Part shown: piece by piece, positions 23,050-35,133 of the stretch
How positions within the stretch are numbered: the first letter of the stretch is position 1
Layout: each line of letters starts with the position of its first letter
Assembly: GCF_001194135.2 (NCBI RefSeq)
Contig: NC_069008.1
Span: 11,821,963-11,866,765, forward strand
Length of the DNA stretch: 44,803 bases
Direction of reading: 5' to 3'
Source: Octopus bimaculoides
Lineage: Eukaryota
The notes under the pieces: model-generated
The model's input: the letters and a program-made list of their open reading frames with translations, nothing else
Database searches by the model: none
Told to the model about the DNA's origin: nothing
Made by a program: the position numbers and the translations under genes

Positions 23050-25150
23050 TAGAATTAAGAATGTATGGTCTTCAGAAAACTGTAGACATGCATGTTACTC
23101 AAAGCACCCAACTCTTTCCAGCATGAACTTTCATAAAGCTGGTTGGAAAGATATTCAGAAAGAGATCCTGTAACAAACGGGTCTGCTTGTCTCTTTATGC
23201 TGGATATTCACATAAAGCTACGACACTTTATAACAATCATGCAATAAGTTTTTGTCCCTTGCATTCACAGCCAAGTTTTCACAACCATGTAGAGCAGCTT
23301 TAACCCTTCTGCTGTGTGTCTAAGCCTTGCAGCTGCAGTGGTTTACTGTCCCTACTGTTCTTCATTTATTTTATTTAACCCTTTAGCATTCAGATTACTG
23401 TCAAATACAATATATATCTATTCACATTGTTGTGAATTAATCATGCATTATCTTGTAGTTTCAATATTTTGGTGGCGTGATTGTTTTATTTTTAGTATGC
23501 CATTGTAGAATAAGAGTGAGATGCTGGATGTTGCTAATTTGAATGTAAAGATAAAGCTCCCCTTGTCATGAATGACCCTGTGATTGCATCTAGAAAGTTA
23601 CACTTTGAGGCACAATAACTGATATAGACTGAGATTTGGACTGAAGGCAGTACTTAGAATTTTCCTGCAAATAACAGTTTAACCAATCCAGAGAAGAAAT
23701 AAATTCTGGTCCAATGCCTGATGTCACTGACAGTGGAACACCAAGTCTTGAAGAGATGGAAAATAGATATTTTCCTACATTTTTTGGCTTCTACTAAAAC
23801 ATACAAAAATTTCAGTTCAAGCATTGGTTGAGTCACTTGCCCCTAGTCCCTAGTTTCTATGCAGTTTTAAATCTCAACTGTTATTCAGGTCACTTAGCTG
23901 CACAAAGAATATACCTTTAAATTTGACTTTTAGCAAAGTCATATGATCTAACAAATTCTTTAGTTTCTTTACCGAGTTTAAGTCACTAAACACAGTCTTG
24001 CTTTCTTCAGTGATTGTTGTACATCCGTATGCATATGTTATGAATGGTGGAAAGACTTTTTGCAGAATAAGACTAGAAAAATAAATAACCTGTTTCGGTT
24101 AAAGATAAATTTATTCTCTACAATCAATTCAGAAGAATGTCTTGTAAATAGTTGTTCTTAAAAGAGTTGGTCTCCACCAATCTTTTCTAGCAACATGATT
24201 CTTTTAAGTGAACATAAAAGATACAAAATATTAAAACGATTTTTCATGCTTTCAACTATCTGAGCATCAGCAAATTTAATCCATTGTCATAATCTTATAC
24301 ATATGTAAAGAACACTGTATGAAACTGATATGAGACATACTTTAATCAAACTTTATGGGCGTCAGCATGAATTCAGTGGCTTTGAGCTGCAGAATAAGTT
24401 GAAGCAACCCAATGTACCACAACAGAAGCATTTCTTCTCTAATGTAGGAGAGAATCTAGAAAGATGTGATGATCTTATCATTGCTACAATAATTCACTCA
24501 TTTGTTATTTGATCAACTTTACTTGATGACAGTGGTGTATTAGAACTTGGCTGTATCAGTGAACCAAGAATAAATGCATGCTTTCACTGCACCATTACAA
24601 CAAAGCTAACCAGGCCCGAGATGGATGCTTTAGGCAAAGTTCTTAGACAACCAAGAATATTTTTGTCTGAACATAATTAATTCCATTAATAAAAACCAAT
24701 TTTATAAACTCTCTTTCTGGATCATCTTTGATTGTAGAGAATTTATATAAAGAAGCACTGGTATGTTGGGCCTTAGCAGGAAATTAAGTGGCGGTTCCTG
24801 TTTTTGCTCTAGATTCACAAATTTCTATCAGAGACAAAACAAAAACCTTTACCTTTGGTTATTTTCTCAAAAACACACTTTAAATCTTCACATGAACAAT
24901 CTTCAATTGTTGCAGGATATAGGACATCAGTTTGATGATTGCTTTGGTGCCACATAATGCAAGGAATTTAGGCTTTGTGGTTCAGGGTTTGTATCATCTA
25001 TAGATAGTTTTGAATCAAACTGTATTTGCCATTACAACAATATATTTCCTGCTGTGAGCTTATGTGAATTAAGATTCTAAACTTCAGATGTCTTATAACT
25101 GAGTATCATAGTTCACCAACATTATGCAAGTTATAACTGTCCCTCCACTT
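23050..25150 (-). mobile_element. Heavily degraded Ty3/Gypsy pol relic (RT-RNaseH-integrase), interrupted by a MITE and a SINE tail
   Basis: Minus-strand motifs in RT-RH-INT order: YPATIED (cf. YPLPxIED), RFSPTLEK (cf. YSTIEKE), SRLGVPLSVTSGIGPEFIS (cf. FSRFGVP...SDNGPQF), KAALHGCEN; many stops. Confidence 0.6.
23375..23560. mobile_element. TTAA-CCCTTTAGC MITE (same family as 6611..6836)
   Basis: ttaaccctttagcattcagattac...attcacattg...gaattaatcatgcattatct. Confidence 0.7.
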
Positions 25151-25399
25151 TAAACTGGTCATCACCTGATCATATGCAAAATGCATATGGCACCTAGTAT
25201 TAGCGAAACAATGACATCACAGACAGACATTGATAGGACATATTTACTTAACAGAATACTATAAATATAATTTTATTTCGTTTTTGGATTTGGTTTGCAA
25301 GATTTTTTATGTGACTTTGTGTGTTATATAATGTAATGAAAAAAAAAAGAACTTCCTATGTAATGTTTAAGACCCACTACTATTATTACTTCTACTAAA

Positions 25400-26327
25400 A
25401 AGTGACTTTTGAATGAGAACTATTTTCTAAGAAAACCATTATCTACAAGGTTTTATCCCAGTGTAATCCCAGTTACAATTAATGAGATTGTGTTCCTAGA
25501 AGAAATTTGAATGACAAATAACAATGAATAGATCTTTTTCCAGTGAATGTTTGTGAATTACAAGACCACAACTCAGAGAATGATTTTCCTATATATTTCA
25601 CAATAATTTTTCTTTCTTCAGTTTGTATTCAGCTGTGGATTACAAGCGAAGACTTACCTCATTTTAAATAGCCACGGGACCACCACTTCATAAAGCTATA
25701 TATAACATTGATATTGTGTTTTGTCCTGTGTATATTTTAATTTGTTTACTACAAGGTAATAATTCTCAAATAAGAATTTTCCAAACATTTTAGTGAAGGG
25801 GTTTTACTCAAACAAAAGCACATTTGNNNNNNNNNNNNNNNNNNNNNNNNNNNNNNNNNNNNNNNNNNNNNNNNNNNNNNNNNNNNNNNNNNNNNNNNNN
25901 NNNNNNNNNNNNNNNNNNNNNNNNNNNNNNNNNNNNNNNNNNNNNNNNNNNNNNNNNNNNNNNNNNNNNNTAACAGCCTATTTTTAATAAATGAAATCCC
26001 ACATATTTCACAATTATACGTTTTTTCTCCCGTGTGTATTCTTTTGTGTTCTGTTAAATATCTTCTATAAACAAATGATTCCTCACATATTTCACACTGG
26101 AATGGTTTCTCTCGTGTGTTGTCAAATCACCATTAGTGGTGAATGATTTTCCACATATTTCACAGTAATATGGTTTTTCTCCAGTGTGACTACAATTGTG
26201 GATAATAAGACAAGAATTCTGAGTAAATGATTTACCACAGATTTCACAATGAAAAGGCTTTTCTCCAGTGTGGATTCTTTTATGTTTGTTTAAATCACCA
26301 TTCTGGACAAAATATTTCCCACAGATT
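25400..26327 (-). pseudogene. Out-of-frame and decayed C2H2 fingers downstream of the ZNF-C stop
   Basis: After a +1 shift at ~26343 come fingers CEICGKYFVQNGDLNKHKRIH and CEICGKSFTQNSCLIIHNCSH, then a ~16-nt deletion at ~26110, CEICEESFVYRRYLTEHKRIH, an N gap (25827-25970) and barely recognisable fingers. Confidence 0.8.
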
Positions 26328-28202
26328 TCACAGTGAAAGGGTGTTTTCTCCAGTATGTTTTCTTTTATGAACAAGAAGATTAGAATTATTAGAAAACGAT
26401 TTCCCACATATTTCACAAGGGAAGGGTTTTTCTCCAGTGTGACTACGCCTGTGTGTTGTCAGATCCCCATTAGTGACAAAACTTTTTCCACAAATTTCAC
26501 AATGAAATGGTTTTTCTCCAGTGTGCCTTCTTCTGTGCTTTGTTAAATCACTGTTCTGGACAAAATATTTCCCACATATTTCACACTGATATGGTTTTTC
26601 TCCAGTGTGACTACGTATGTGAACTACAAGAGTAGACTTCTCAGAGAATGATTTACCACACATTTCACAGGGGAAGGGTTTCTCTCCTGTATGTATTCTC
26701 TTGTGAACTACAAGACCAGACTTCTCAGCAAATGGTTTCCCACAAATTTCACAATCAAAAGGTTTCTCTCCTGTGTGTATTCTTTTATGGACTACTAGAC
26801 TAGACTTCTCAGAGAAAGATTTCCCACATATTTCACAATGATATGGTTTTTCGCCAGTGTGGATTCTTTCGTGAACTATAAGACTAGACTTGTCAGAGAA
26901 TGATTTTCCACATATTTTACACTGAAATGGTTTTTCTCCAGTGTGTATCCTCCTGTGAACTACAAGACCAGACTTCTCAGAAAATGATTTTCCACAAATT
27001 TCACAGCAGAAAGGTTTTTCTCCAGTGTGAGTTCTTTTGTGACTATTTAATTGAACTTTAGAGATAAATGTTTCCTCACACATTTCACAATAGAAAGGTT
27101 TTTCTCCAGTATGTTTCCTTTTGTGAATTATAAGATTAGAATTACTAGAAATAGCTTTCCCACAAATTTCACAGTGAAAACGTTTTTCTCCAGTGTGTCT
27201 TCTTTTATGCTTTGCTAAATCACTCGTCTGGACAAAATATTTCCCACAAATTTCACAACGAAACGGCTTCTCTCCAGTGTGACTACGTATGTGAACTACT
27301 AGACTAGACTTGTCAGAGAATGATTTTCCACATATTTCACAGTGGTGGGGTCTTACCCCAGTGTGGATTCTTTTGTGAACTATAAGATTAGACTTACCAG
27401 AAAACGATTTCCAACACACTTCACAGTGAAACGGTTTTTCTCCAGTGTGTATGCTTTTGTGACTATTCAACTGGCCTTTAGTGATAAATGCTTTCCCACA
27501 AATTTCACAATCAAAAGGTTTTTCTCCTGTATGTATTCTTTTGTGAATTACAAGACCAGACTTCTCAGAGAATGATTTCCTGCATGTTTCACAGTGATAA
27601 GCTTTTTCTCCAGTGTGGATTTTTTTGTGACTATTCAATTGACTTTTAGTGATAAATGATTTCTTACATATTTCGCAATTGAAAGGCTTTTCTCCAGTGT
27701 GTTTTCTTTTGTGCTTTGTTAACTCACTTTTAGTGACCAAATACTGACCACATATTTCACACTGATATGGTTTTTCTCCAGTGTGACTACGTATGTGAAT
27801 TACAAGACTAGACTTCTCAGAGAACGATTTCCCACATATTTCACAGTCGTATGGTTTTTCTCCAGTGTGTGTTCTTTTGTGAACAACAAGATGAGAATTG
27901 TCAGTAAATATTTTCCCACACATTTCACAGTGAAATAGTCTTTCTCCAGTATGTAGTCTCTTGTGTTTTGTTAAATTACTGTTTGAAGCAAAAGATTTCT
28001 CACATACTTCACAATTATAGACTTTCTTCTTATTGTGTGTGAAGACTTCATGCTCTAAAGAGAATGTCTTCTTACAAATCTCAGAGTGATGTTCAGGAAC
28101 ATTGTTGTTTACAAGTTTATCACATCTGTCGGTTTCTGTAACTGTATCTATATTGGTAAAAACAGTTGTGCTTGAAGTGTCCAAGTGATTAACATCCTCC
28201 AT
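26328..28202 (-). CDS. Multi-finger C2H2 zinc-finger protein ZNF-C (624 aa, 20 fingers)
   Basis: Intact ATG ORF with a ~60-aa non-finger N-terminus and CEICGK-type fingers. Acceptor gatttattcag| lies 8 nt upstream of the ATG. The ORF ends at a frameshift within a TGEKP linker. Confidence 0.92.
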   Translation of the reverse strand: MEDVNHLDTSSTTVFTNIDTVTETDRCDKLVNNNVPEHHSEICKKTFSLEHEVFTHNKKKVYNCEVCEKSFASNSNLTKHKRLHTGERLFHCEMCGKIFTDNSHLVVHKRTHTGEKPYDCEICGKSFSEKSSLVIHIRSHTGEKPYQCEICGQYLVTKSELTKHKRKHTGEKPFNCEICKKSFITKSQLNSHKKIHTGEKAYHCETCRKSFSEKSGLVIHKRIHTGEKPFDCEICGKAFITKGQLNSHKSIHTGEKPFHCEVCWKSFSGKSNLIVHKRIHTGVRPHHCEICGKSFSDKSSLVVHIRSHTGEKPFRCEICGKYFVQTSDLAKHKRRHTGEKRFHCEICGKAISSNSNLIIHKRKHTGEKPFYCEMCEETFISKVQLNSHKRTHTGEKPFCCEICGKSFSEKSGLVVHRRIHTGEKPFQCKICGKSFSDKSSLIVHERIHTGEKPYHCEICGKSFSEKSSLVVHKRIHTGEKPFDCEICGKPFAEKSGLVVHKRIHTGEKPFPCEMCGKSFSEKSTLVVHIRSHTGEKPYQCEICGKYFVQNSDLTKHRRRHTGEKPFHCEICGKSFVTNGDLTTHRRSHTGEKPFPCEICGKSFSNNSNLLVHKRKHTGENTLSL

Positions 28203-28808
28203 ACTGATTCCTGAATAAATCTTTAAAGTTGAGAAATGTCTGAGTATAATCCATTATGGTTCAGTCTCTTGTTTTGGATAACATGAAACTTTGTTTACAT
28301 GTATAAAAGAATTTGCCATGTAGATACATTTTCAACGCACCATTAGAGTGCTTGTGGCTGACCGGGTCCTATCTAAGTGTTTCACATACTGCCGTAGAAA
28401 TAACGACATATATGTAAAAAAAAAAGAAATCCAGAAATGATTAAAAGATGCTATCTCAGTCTAAAGGATAAGCAGTCTATAAAAGGATGTCCTGGTGAAA
28501 TCGGAGCGATCTTAAGAGATATTGTAATGCAATAATAATCACAACAAAGAAGCAAAACACATTACGGCGTAAGAGCGGTGTCGGAGAAAGAATATGAGTG
28601 TTTATAATAGAAACTCAATATACGTATGTATGTGAGTGTGTACGTATTCTCATATAGGTGTGGTCCCAATAAATGGAGTTTGTTTCCCACGATTAGAGGA
28701 AAAGAGCAACAATGTGTGTTGCGATAGTAATTCAAATAAAAAATCTTTTCAATTTGAAATTCAGCTGAAAAAAGTCAATAATGTTCAGAATTTCTCGATT
28801 ATTAAAAC

Positions 28809-29051
28809 CCGTCCTGTAAAATAGGGGACAATCAATATACGATGTAATGTAGTTTGTGATAAAATAAAATATTTAATCATGAAGATGATAGAACACAGAT
28901 CATGAAACATGTAAATCAAACTTCGCATTAATATCAGATAATTACTACACAAATTAGCTCAACGAATTAAGCGTACAAAGTAGGCGGTGACGTTGACAAT
29001 TTTCCCGCGTTTGAACAACACCGGTGACTTAAATTAAAAGTCCCTAACGTA
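28809..29051 (-). promoter_or_regulatory. Conserved non-coding 5' module upstream of ZNF-C; putative 3' splice site at 28814
   Basis: Collinear with 8290-8522 in opposite orientation. Confidence 0.6.
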
Positions 29052-29149
29052 TTTTAACTTATAAATTTGCTTCTTCAAATATATCCATCCTATGTTAAAT
29101 AAATAAGTAAGTAAGTAAGTAATAATAATAATAATAATAATAATAATAT

Positions 29150-29615
29150 CATTTCGGATCTTTCTGAATTGACGGGAACCACTTTTCATTTATGTTTTAT
29201 GTAGTGTTTTTGGTACCGAAACACTTAAAACTTCGTATACTTGTATATTTTGTGTTATAGAACAGATAAAAAAAATTTGTATTCGAAGTTATTTCATGTA
29301 AAAAATTGTCGTATTTCGGTAATTTGAACCAATCACTGACGTCTATTGAGGTGAAAACCATTACTGCCGTGGAATGTAAACAACATTTTCTAACGGTGCC
29401 ATGGGATCTTTTCCCTTGAATAAAATTAGTGCCGTTGTTTGTCAACAACAACTATCCGTCTTACTGTTACTTATGACATCGTTCGTGCGTTTGTACTGGT
29501 TTTTAGCTTTTGGGTTTTAGGGTGAGGGTTCGGGTTTTAGAGTTCGGGTTAGTTTTAGGGTTACGGTTAGAGTTATGATTATTTTTGCCATAACCTCACT
29601 CATAACCCTAACCAG
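29150..29615. repeat. Unclassified interspersed repeat with degenerate TTAGGG-like and CCCTAA-like tracts (related fragment at ~39960-40100)
   Basis: Shared ttcgaagttatttc.tgt.aa..ttgtcgtatt block; telomere-like hexamers at 29500-29615. Confidence 0.5.
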
Positions 29616-30769
29616 AAAGATCCTTTATCTTTAAGCTGTTATTTCTAGTCTCATAGGAAACCACGCCTGAGACAATATTTCTGCAGATGCTTCCCAAAGG
29701 GTCCTTCATTCGTCAATGAAAACATTGCCGTGTTGGAAGTATTTGGTTTCTAATTTTAGCTTGATAGCAGGGCACCTATTACTCTCTCTAAGATTGTTTG
29801 GTAGATAGATAGATAGATAGAGGGAGGGAAGGAGGGAAAGAGGGGGAACTACAGGGAGAGAAGTCGAACGACATATTTACTTAAAGAGGGGAAAGTGTGA
29901 TGTAATAAAGAAGACCGGCGGAGATATGTGGATTATATAATGGGGTGAGAATGTGTGTATGAGAGAGAGAGAGGGAGGGAGATTGTTTTGTGTTTAATAG
30001 AGGAGGGAGAGGGAGAAGTGAGAGAATATGCAAGAGATATGGAATATATAATGATAGAAAGAGACAGGGATTGCAACAGAGCAAGGCTAGTAACTCTTAT
30101 TACATCCCATTTTCCCCTCTAAAATGTATCACTTTCTCCCTAGACACAACACAAACTGTATTATTTTCTATTGTCTCAATTAAAATCTGTTTTACTTCGT
30201 AGATTGTGAAGGTTTGCAGTAAAACAAATTTAGCTGGGGTTTCTGGCACAGTGTGACACCGCATGTAGGACAGTGTTTCGCAAATCCTTCTTAAAGTATC
30301 CTTTAATCCTATGTGTAAACCAATTTGATTTTTAGCACACTTGGCTGTTATATCTAGCATGATGTGAGAGCTCTTTAGGACAGTATTTTTATGGATGATA
30401 CTTAACGTGTCCTTCTATTTTTATAAGGAAAACAAAGTAAATTTCTGCTTTTGGCAGTTATTTTTAGCTTCATGCTGGACCACATCTGGGACAATATTTC
30501 TGCTGATGCTTCTCCTAAGTGCTCTTCCTCTTTCTATGAAAACAATTCCAAGTTTGGAGTAATTGGTTTCTATTTCTAGCATGAAGCCAGAAGACCTAGC
30601 GAACAGCGTGTTTTTAAATATGGTTTTGAAATGTCCTTCGATTTGTGTCCGTATACATCAAAATTTCTTTTATACAGGCTTGTTAACTACCCTTCATTTT
30701 TATATGAAAGAAAGAGTGTATTTGAGGTCATTTGTGTTTTCTTTCTAATGTGAAGAACGACCACATATA

Positions 30770-31207
30770 GAAAATATCAACCACATACCTGATACACAAA
30801 ACTGACAGAAATGCAGGAAAAGTAGCAAAATGTGACAATCGATGCAGACTTTGTGGGGTTAATACCGAAGATATCACTCACATCATAAGCAGTTGTCCGG
30901 TACTACACGATGTGGTAGCTAGGACAGTGTATAACGAGATTCTTTGAAAGGATAACCCCCGAGGACAAAGATATAAAAACCCACAGTATGGTGGAAGCCA
31001 TAGTGAGAAATCTGCAGTTACTCTCTCCATATTACAAGTTCAAGTTTATACCTCTAATTATTGGAACACTGGGATATGAAACACTGCCTAAATCGCAACG
31101 TTGAGAAATTACGCTTCTCAAAAGCAGAAAAGAGAAAGTTGATTCGAAGTTGATCCAATCCATCACTGGAACTGTAAAAATTTATAAAACTCTGCATAGG
31201 TTTATCA
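30770..31207 (+). mobile_element. R4/Dong-like (restriction-like endonuclease) non-LTR retrotransposon, deleted 3' end with (CATA)n tail
   Basis: CRLCGVNTEDITHIISSCP CCHC knuckle, HDVVARTVYNEIL, KFIPLIIGTLG and QSITGTVKI C-terminal motifs. Confidence 0.75.
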
Positions 31208-32599
31208 TACATACATACACATATGCATGCATACATACGTACCTATAGACGTACATACATACAGACAAAAATACTCTGTTGTTGATGTTGAAATATCAAT
31301 GAAGGAAACTTGAGACTTTGTTAGAAAGCGATAGTTTCTCTGTTGGCAAGGAATCTTTAGAAAAGAACTGTATGTATGTACGCGCACAACTAATCTTTCT
31401 GCACAATACCAAAAAAAAAAAAATTTATGAATCGAGAGTTTAGGTATCAAGGGAGGCTACTCTAATTATAATTCGTTGCTAATCAATTGGGCAATAAAAT
31501 TAATTGTAAGGTTTTGGGAAATATACAAAATCTGGAGGAGAAATGATGCAGAGACCTAGAAATTATCAACTGAATATATTTAACAATTGCTGGTATACAC
31601 TCATATTCTTTTATTCTGTTATTCTTATCAGCTATGTTGCTCCGGTCATGCAGGAGTACCGCTATAATATACGTATATAAATATATACATGTATATAACT
31701 ATATACACATATATATATATGTATATAAATAAATATATGTATATAACTATATACACGCATATANNNNNNNNNNATATAAATAAATATATATCTGTGTGTG
31801 TGTGTGTGTGTAAAACAACTGCTGGCATACAATCAAGTCTTTAAAAAAATGTCTGAAATATTGATGGTAAATATTTACAACAAATCATTTCAGCTGTTCC
31901 TGCTTTGTCTTTGGGGAAGATAAAAAGCGGGTGTGTTCGACGGAGCTGAAATTCATGGCTCTGTGGGTGATGAGGAATTTAGAAGGAAGACGAAGATCTA
32001 CAAGAAAAACAGAGGGAGTAGGGCAGGAAGTGGAAGTGAGGGAGAAGGAAAAGCAGGAAGGAAGCAAACAAAGCAAGAAAGCAGCGAGGATGGATTCTTT
32101 TCAAACATCTCAGCATAAACATCACATATACAAATATCTGGATACATACTTGCATGCATTTAGACACATACGTATGTACATGCATTCGTGCATAGTACAT
32201 ACATGCATACATACATACGTACATGTATGCATTCATGCATGCACACATACATGCATATATATTATAATGAAGCAAAAAGAAACATGTTCTGTTGTAGAAA
32301 TCAACAGGCTTATGGTCAGCAAAATGGCTAGAAAAACAGAAGAGAATGCAAATGTCTATCAACGATTGTAAAGGGGTTTGCAAATCCCTTACCCAGGATA
32401 AACTTGCCCCTTGTGTTATTTGAGCAACGGCATATTTACCAACCAGTTAAGAGTGAAATATGACTGAACTGGGGGTTATTGGAGAATGAAGGAAATGCTT
32501 TAATTCTAGCACAAAATCCAGAATGATGACATCTGTAAGATTCCTAACATTTAAAAAATGACCAAAACAAGACGATTTCCTCACGACCTCAAACAGAAT

Positions 32600-32937
32600 A
32601 CAGTTCTATATTTAAGAGATGAGGAATTATTAACATTATTTACATTTGACGGATATTTGTCCTCATCTTGTTTGTTGTTAACGGGCATATGGCGTAGTGG
32701 TTAAGAGCGCGGGCTACTAACCCCAAGGTTCCGAGTTCGATTCACGGCAGCGACCTGATTAATAATAGTAATAATAATAATAATATAATAATAGTAACAT
32801 CGTTAGGAATGAGAACCCAGGTTCGAAATTTCCCCAAGACACCTGACGAAGGCTGGAGGGTATATCAGCCGAAACGTTGTGTTAACAACAAACAAGATGA
32901 GGACGAATATCCGTCAAATGTAAATAATGTAAATAAT
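32600..32937 (+). mobile_element. Composite non-autonomous retroelement: inverted terminal arm + tRNA-like head + (TAA)n + Penelope-type tail
   Basis: 12-bp TSD ctcaaacagaat (32588-32599 and 32938-32949); arm 32603-32682 is the reverse complement of the 3' tail; A box at 32690-32700, B box at 32735-32743. Confidence 0.8.
32838..32883 (+). ncRNA. Minimal type I hammerhead ribozyme (palindromic helix III, predicted to act as a dimer)
   Basis: GACAC-CUGACGA-A-GGCUG(gagggtatat)CAGCC-GAA-ACGU-U-GUGUU: helix I GACAC/GUGUU, perfect 5-bp helix II, all core nucleotides present, predicted cleavage after U32878. Confidence 0.75.
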
Positions 32938-32998
32938 CTCAAACAGAATGATGATCAAAATATATTCTAAATGAATAAGATGAAGACAATATACATAT

Positions 32999-33956
32999 NN
33001 NNNNNNNNNNNNNNNNNNNNNNNNNNNNNNNNNNNNNNNNNNNNNNNNNNNNNNNNNNNNNNNNNNNNNNNNNNNNNNNNNNNNNNNNNNNNNNNNNNNN
33101 NNNNNNNNNNNNNNNNNNNNNNNNNNNNNNNNNNNNNNNNNNNNNNNNNNNNNNNNNNNNNNNNNNNNNNNNNNNNNNNNNNNNNNNNNNNNNNNNNNNN
33201 NNNNNNNNNNNNNNNNNNNNNNNNNNNNNNNNNNNNNNNNNNNNNNNNNNNNNNNNNNNNNNNNNNNNNNNNNNNNNNNNNNNNNNNNNNNNNNNNNNNN
33301 NNNNNNNNNNNNNNNNNNNNNNNNNNNNNNNNNNNNNNNNNNNNNNNNNNNNNNNNNNNNNNNNNNNNNNNNNNNNNNNNNNNNNNNNNNNNNNNNNNNN
33401 NNNNNNNNNNNNNNNNNNNNNNNNNNNNNNNNNNNNNNNNNNNNNNNNNNNNNNNNNNNNNNNNNNNNNNNNNNNNNNNNNNNNNNNNNNNNNNNNNNNN
33501 NNNNNNNNNNNNNNNNNNNNNNNNNNNNNNNNNNNNNNNNNNNNNNNNNNNNNNNNNNNNNNNNNNNNNNNNNNNNNNNNNNNNNNNNNNNNNNNNNNNN
33601 NNNNNNNNNNNNNNNNNNNNNNNNNNNNNNNNNNNNNNNNNNNNNNNNNNNNNNNNNNNNNNNNNNNNNNNNNNNNNNNNNNNNNNNNNNNNNNNNNNNN
33701 NNNNNNNNNNNNNNNNNNNNNNNNNNNNNNNNNNNNNNNNNNNNNNNNNNNNNNNNNNNNNNNNNNNNNNNNNNNNNNNNNNNNNNNNNNNNNNNNNNNN
33801 NNNNNNNNNNNNNNNNNNNNNNNNNNNNNNNNNNNNNNNNNNNNNNNNNNNNNNNNNNNNNNNNNNNNNNNNNNNNNNNNNNNNNNNNNNNNNNNNNNNN
33901 NNNNNNNNNNNNNNNNNNNNNNNNNNNNNNNNNNNNNNNNNNNNNNNNNNNNNNNN
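32999..33956. other. Assembly gap (further gaps at 25827-25970, 35133-35233, 40621-40863)
   Basis: Runs of N; long ORF-track entries over these are artefacts. Confidence 1.
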
Positions 33957-33989
<33 letters not shown>

Positions 33990-35089
33990 TCTATGTGTGT
34001 ATGTATGTATATATATATGTTTATGGATGGCATGTTTATATATATATGTTTATGGATGGCATGTTTATATATATATGTGTGTGTGTATGTGTGTAAGTGT
34101 AAGCACACACACACCACCACCACCAGCTTTAAATTTACTTATACAAGGTTCAGTCTGACATTTCAAACCAGGATAAAATTTCTTGAAATATTTGCAACAA
34201 ACCCAAAATAAAGAAACAGGTTAGAAATTCATTGTTGCAGAACCGAATATGAGAGCAGAGTGTGTAAGCCATTATTATCTTGAATAACATCAATGGACAA
34301 CGTGACTGACCTCTCGAGTGAGGTGGCATCAGTTGACAATATTGTTTACCCCAGGGGATTGTTTACTTGTCAGGTGTCATCGTATCATTCGATAAGATCA
34401 GTTTACTCCAGGTGTTTCCATTTATTTTCAGGTGTTTCCATTTATTTTAAGAAAGCTGAGCGTGACTACAATTAAGGATTGTTACCTTGATGCTGGTGGT
34501 GGTGGTGGTGGTGTGTGTGTGTGTATGTGTGTGTGCTATTGTTGATGTTGTCACCATGGTAACCAATTGGCATCTGTGCAGGAATTGTTTCAGTTCTGTG
34601 TTTTGAGATCAAATCCTGCTCAAATCAAATTTACCTTTCATTATTTCAGGGGCAATAAATAAAGTACAAGACACACCTTCCTCACCAGGGCATTCCACAG
34701 ATTCCATTAAGGATGCAAACAAAGCATTTGAATAAATCATAGAGGTGGTCAGGGCAGGAATGTCTAAGGTGATTACAGTATTGATGATGATGATGATGAT
34801 GGTCGTGATGATGCCTGTTGCAGGGGCAGGGACGTATTGTTTAGTCCTCACTCAGCCTTGATCCGTCAAGTCTAGAATCCAAGACACTCCCGCCATGACA
34901 TACTGTTTGGAGTAACATTACACAGCATCTCACGAGTGGTTCAAAAACATTAAGTACCAGTAATATACCACCATTACTATTCTTCTCATGAAATTCTCTA
35001 TTTCACAGGTTTTGAGGCATTGAATAGGCTATGGGCAATGCCTTACCTTCTCTCACTAATTCATCAGCAAGCATTATACACATATAAGC

Positions 35090-35133
<44 letters not shown>

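Noticed and set aside
22843-23126. + strand exon with a PP1-binding RVxF-like KVISF motif after ttttcag|
   Set aside because: It needs a frameshift, the motif is short and common, and it abuts or overlaps antisense retroelement relic sequence.
31931-32383. ORFs of 61-146 aa in a purine-rich tract
   Set aside because: Low-complexity GA-rich and (CATA)n sequence, in-frame stop just upstream, no recognisable domain.
32683-32756. Functional tRNA gene (ACT anticodon loop)
   Set aside because: The acceptor stem does not pair and it is followed by a (TAA)n linker within a TSD; it is a SINE head.
32939-34158. ~395-aa ORFs (also 40523-41050 and 35020-35458)
   Set aside because: They run through N gaps and microsatellites.
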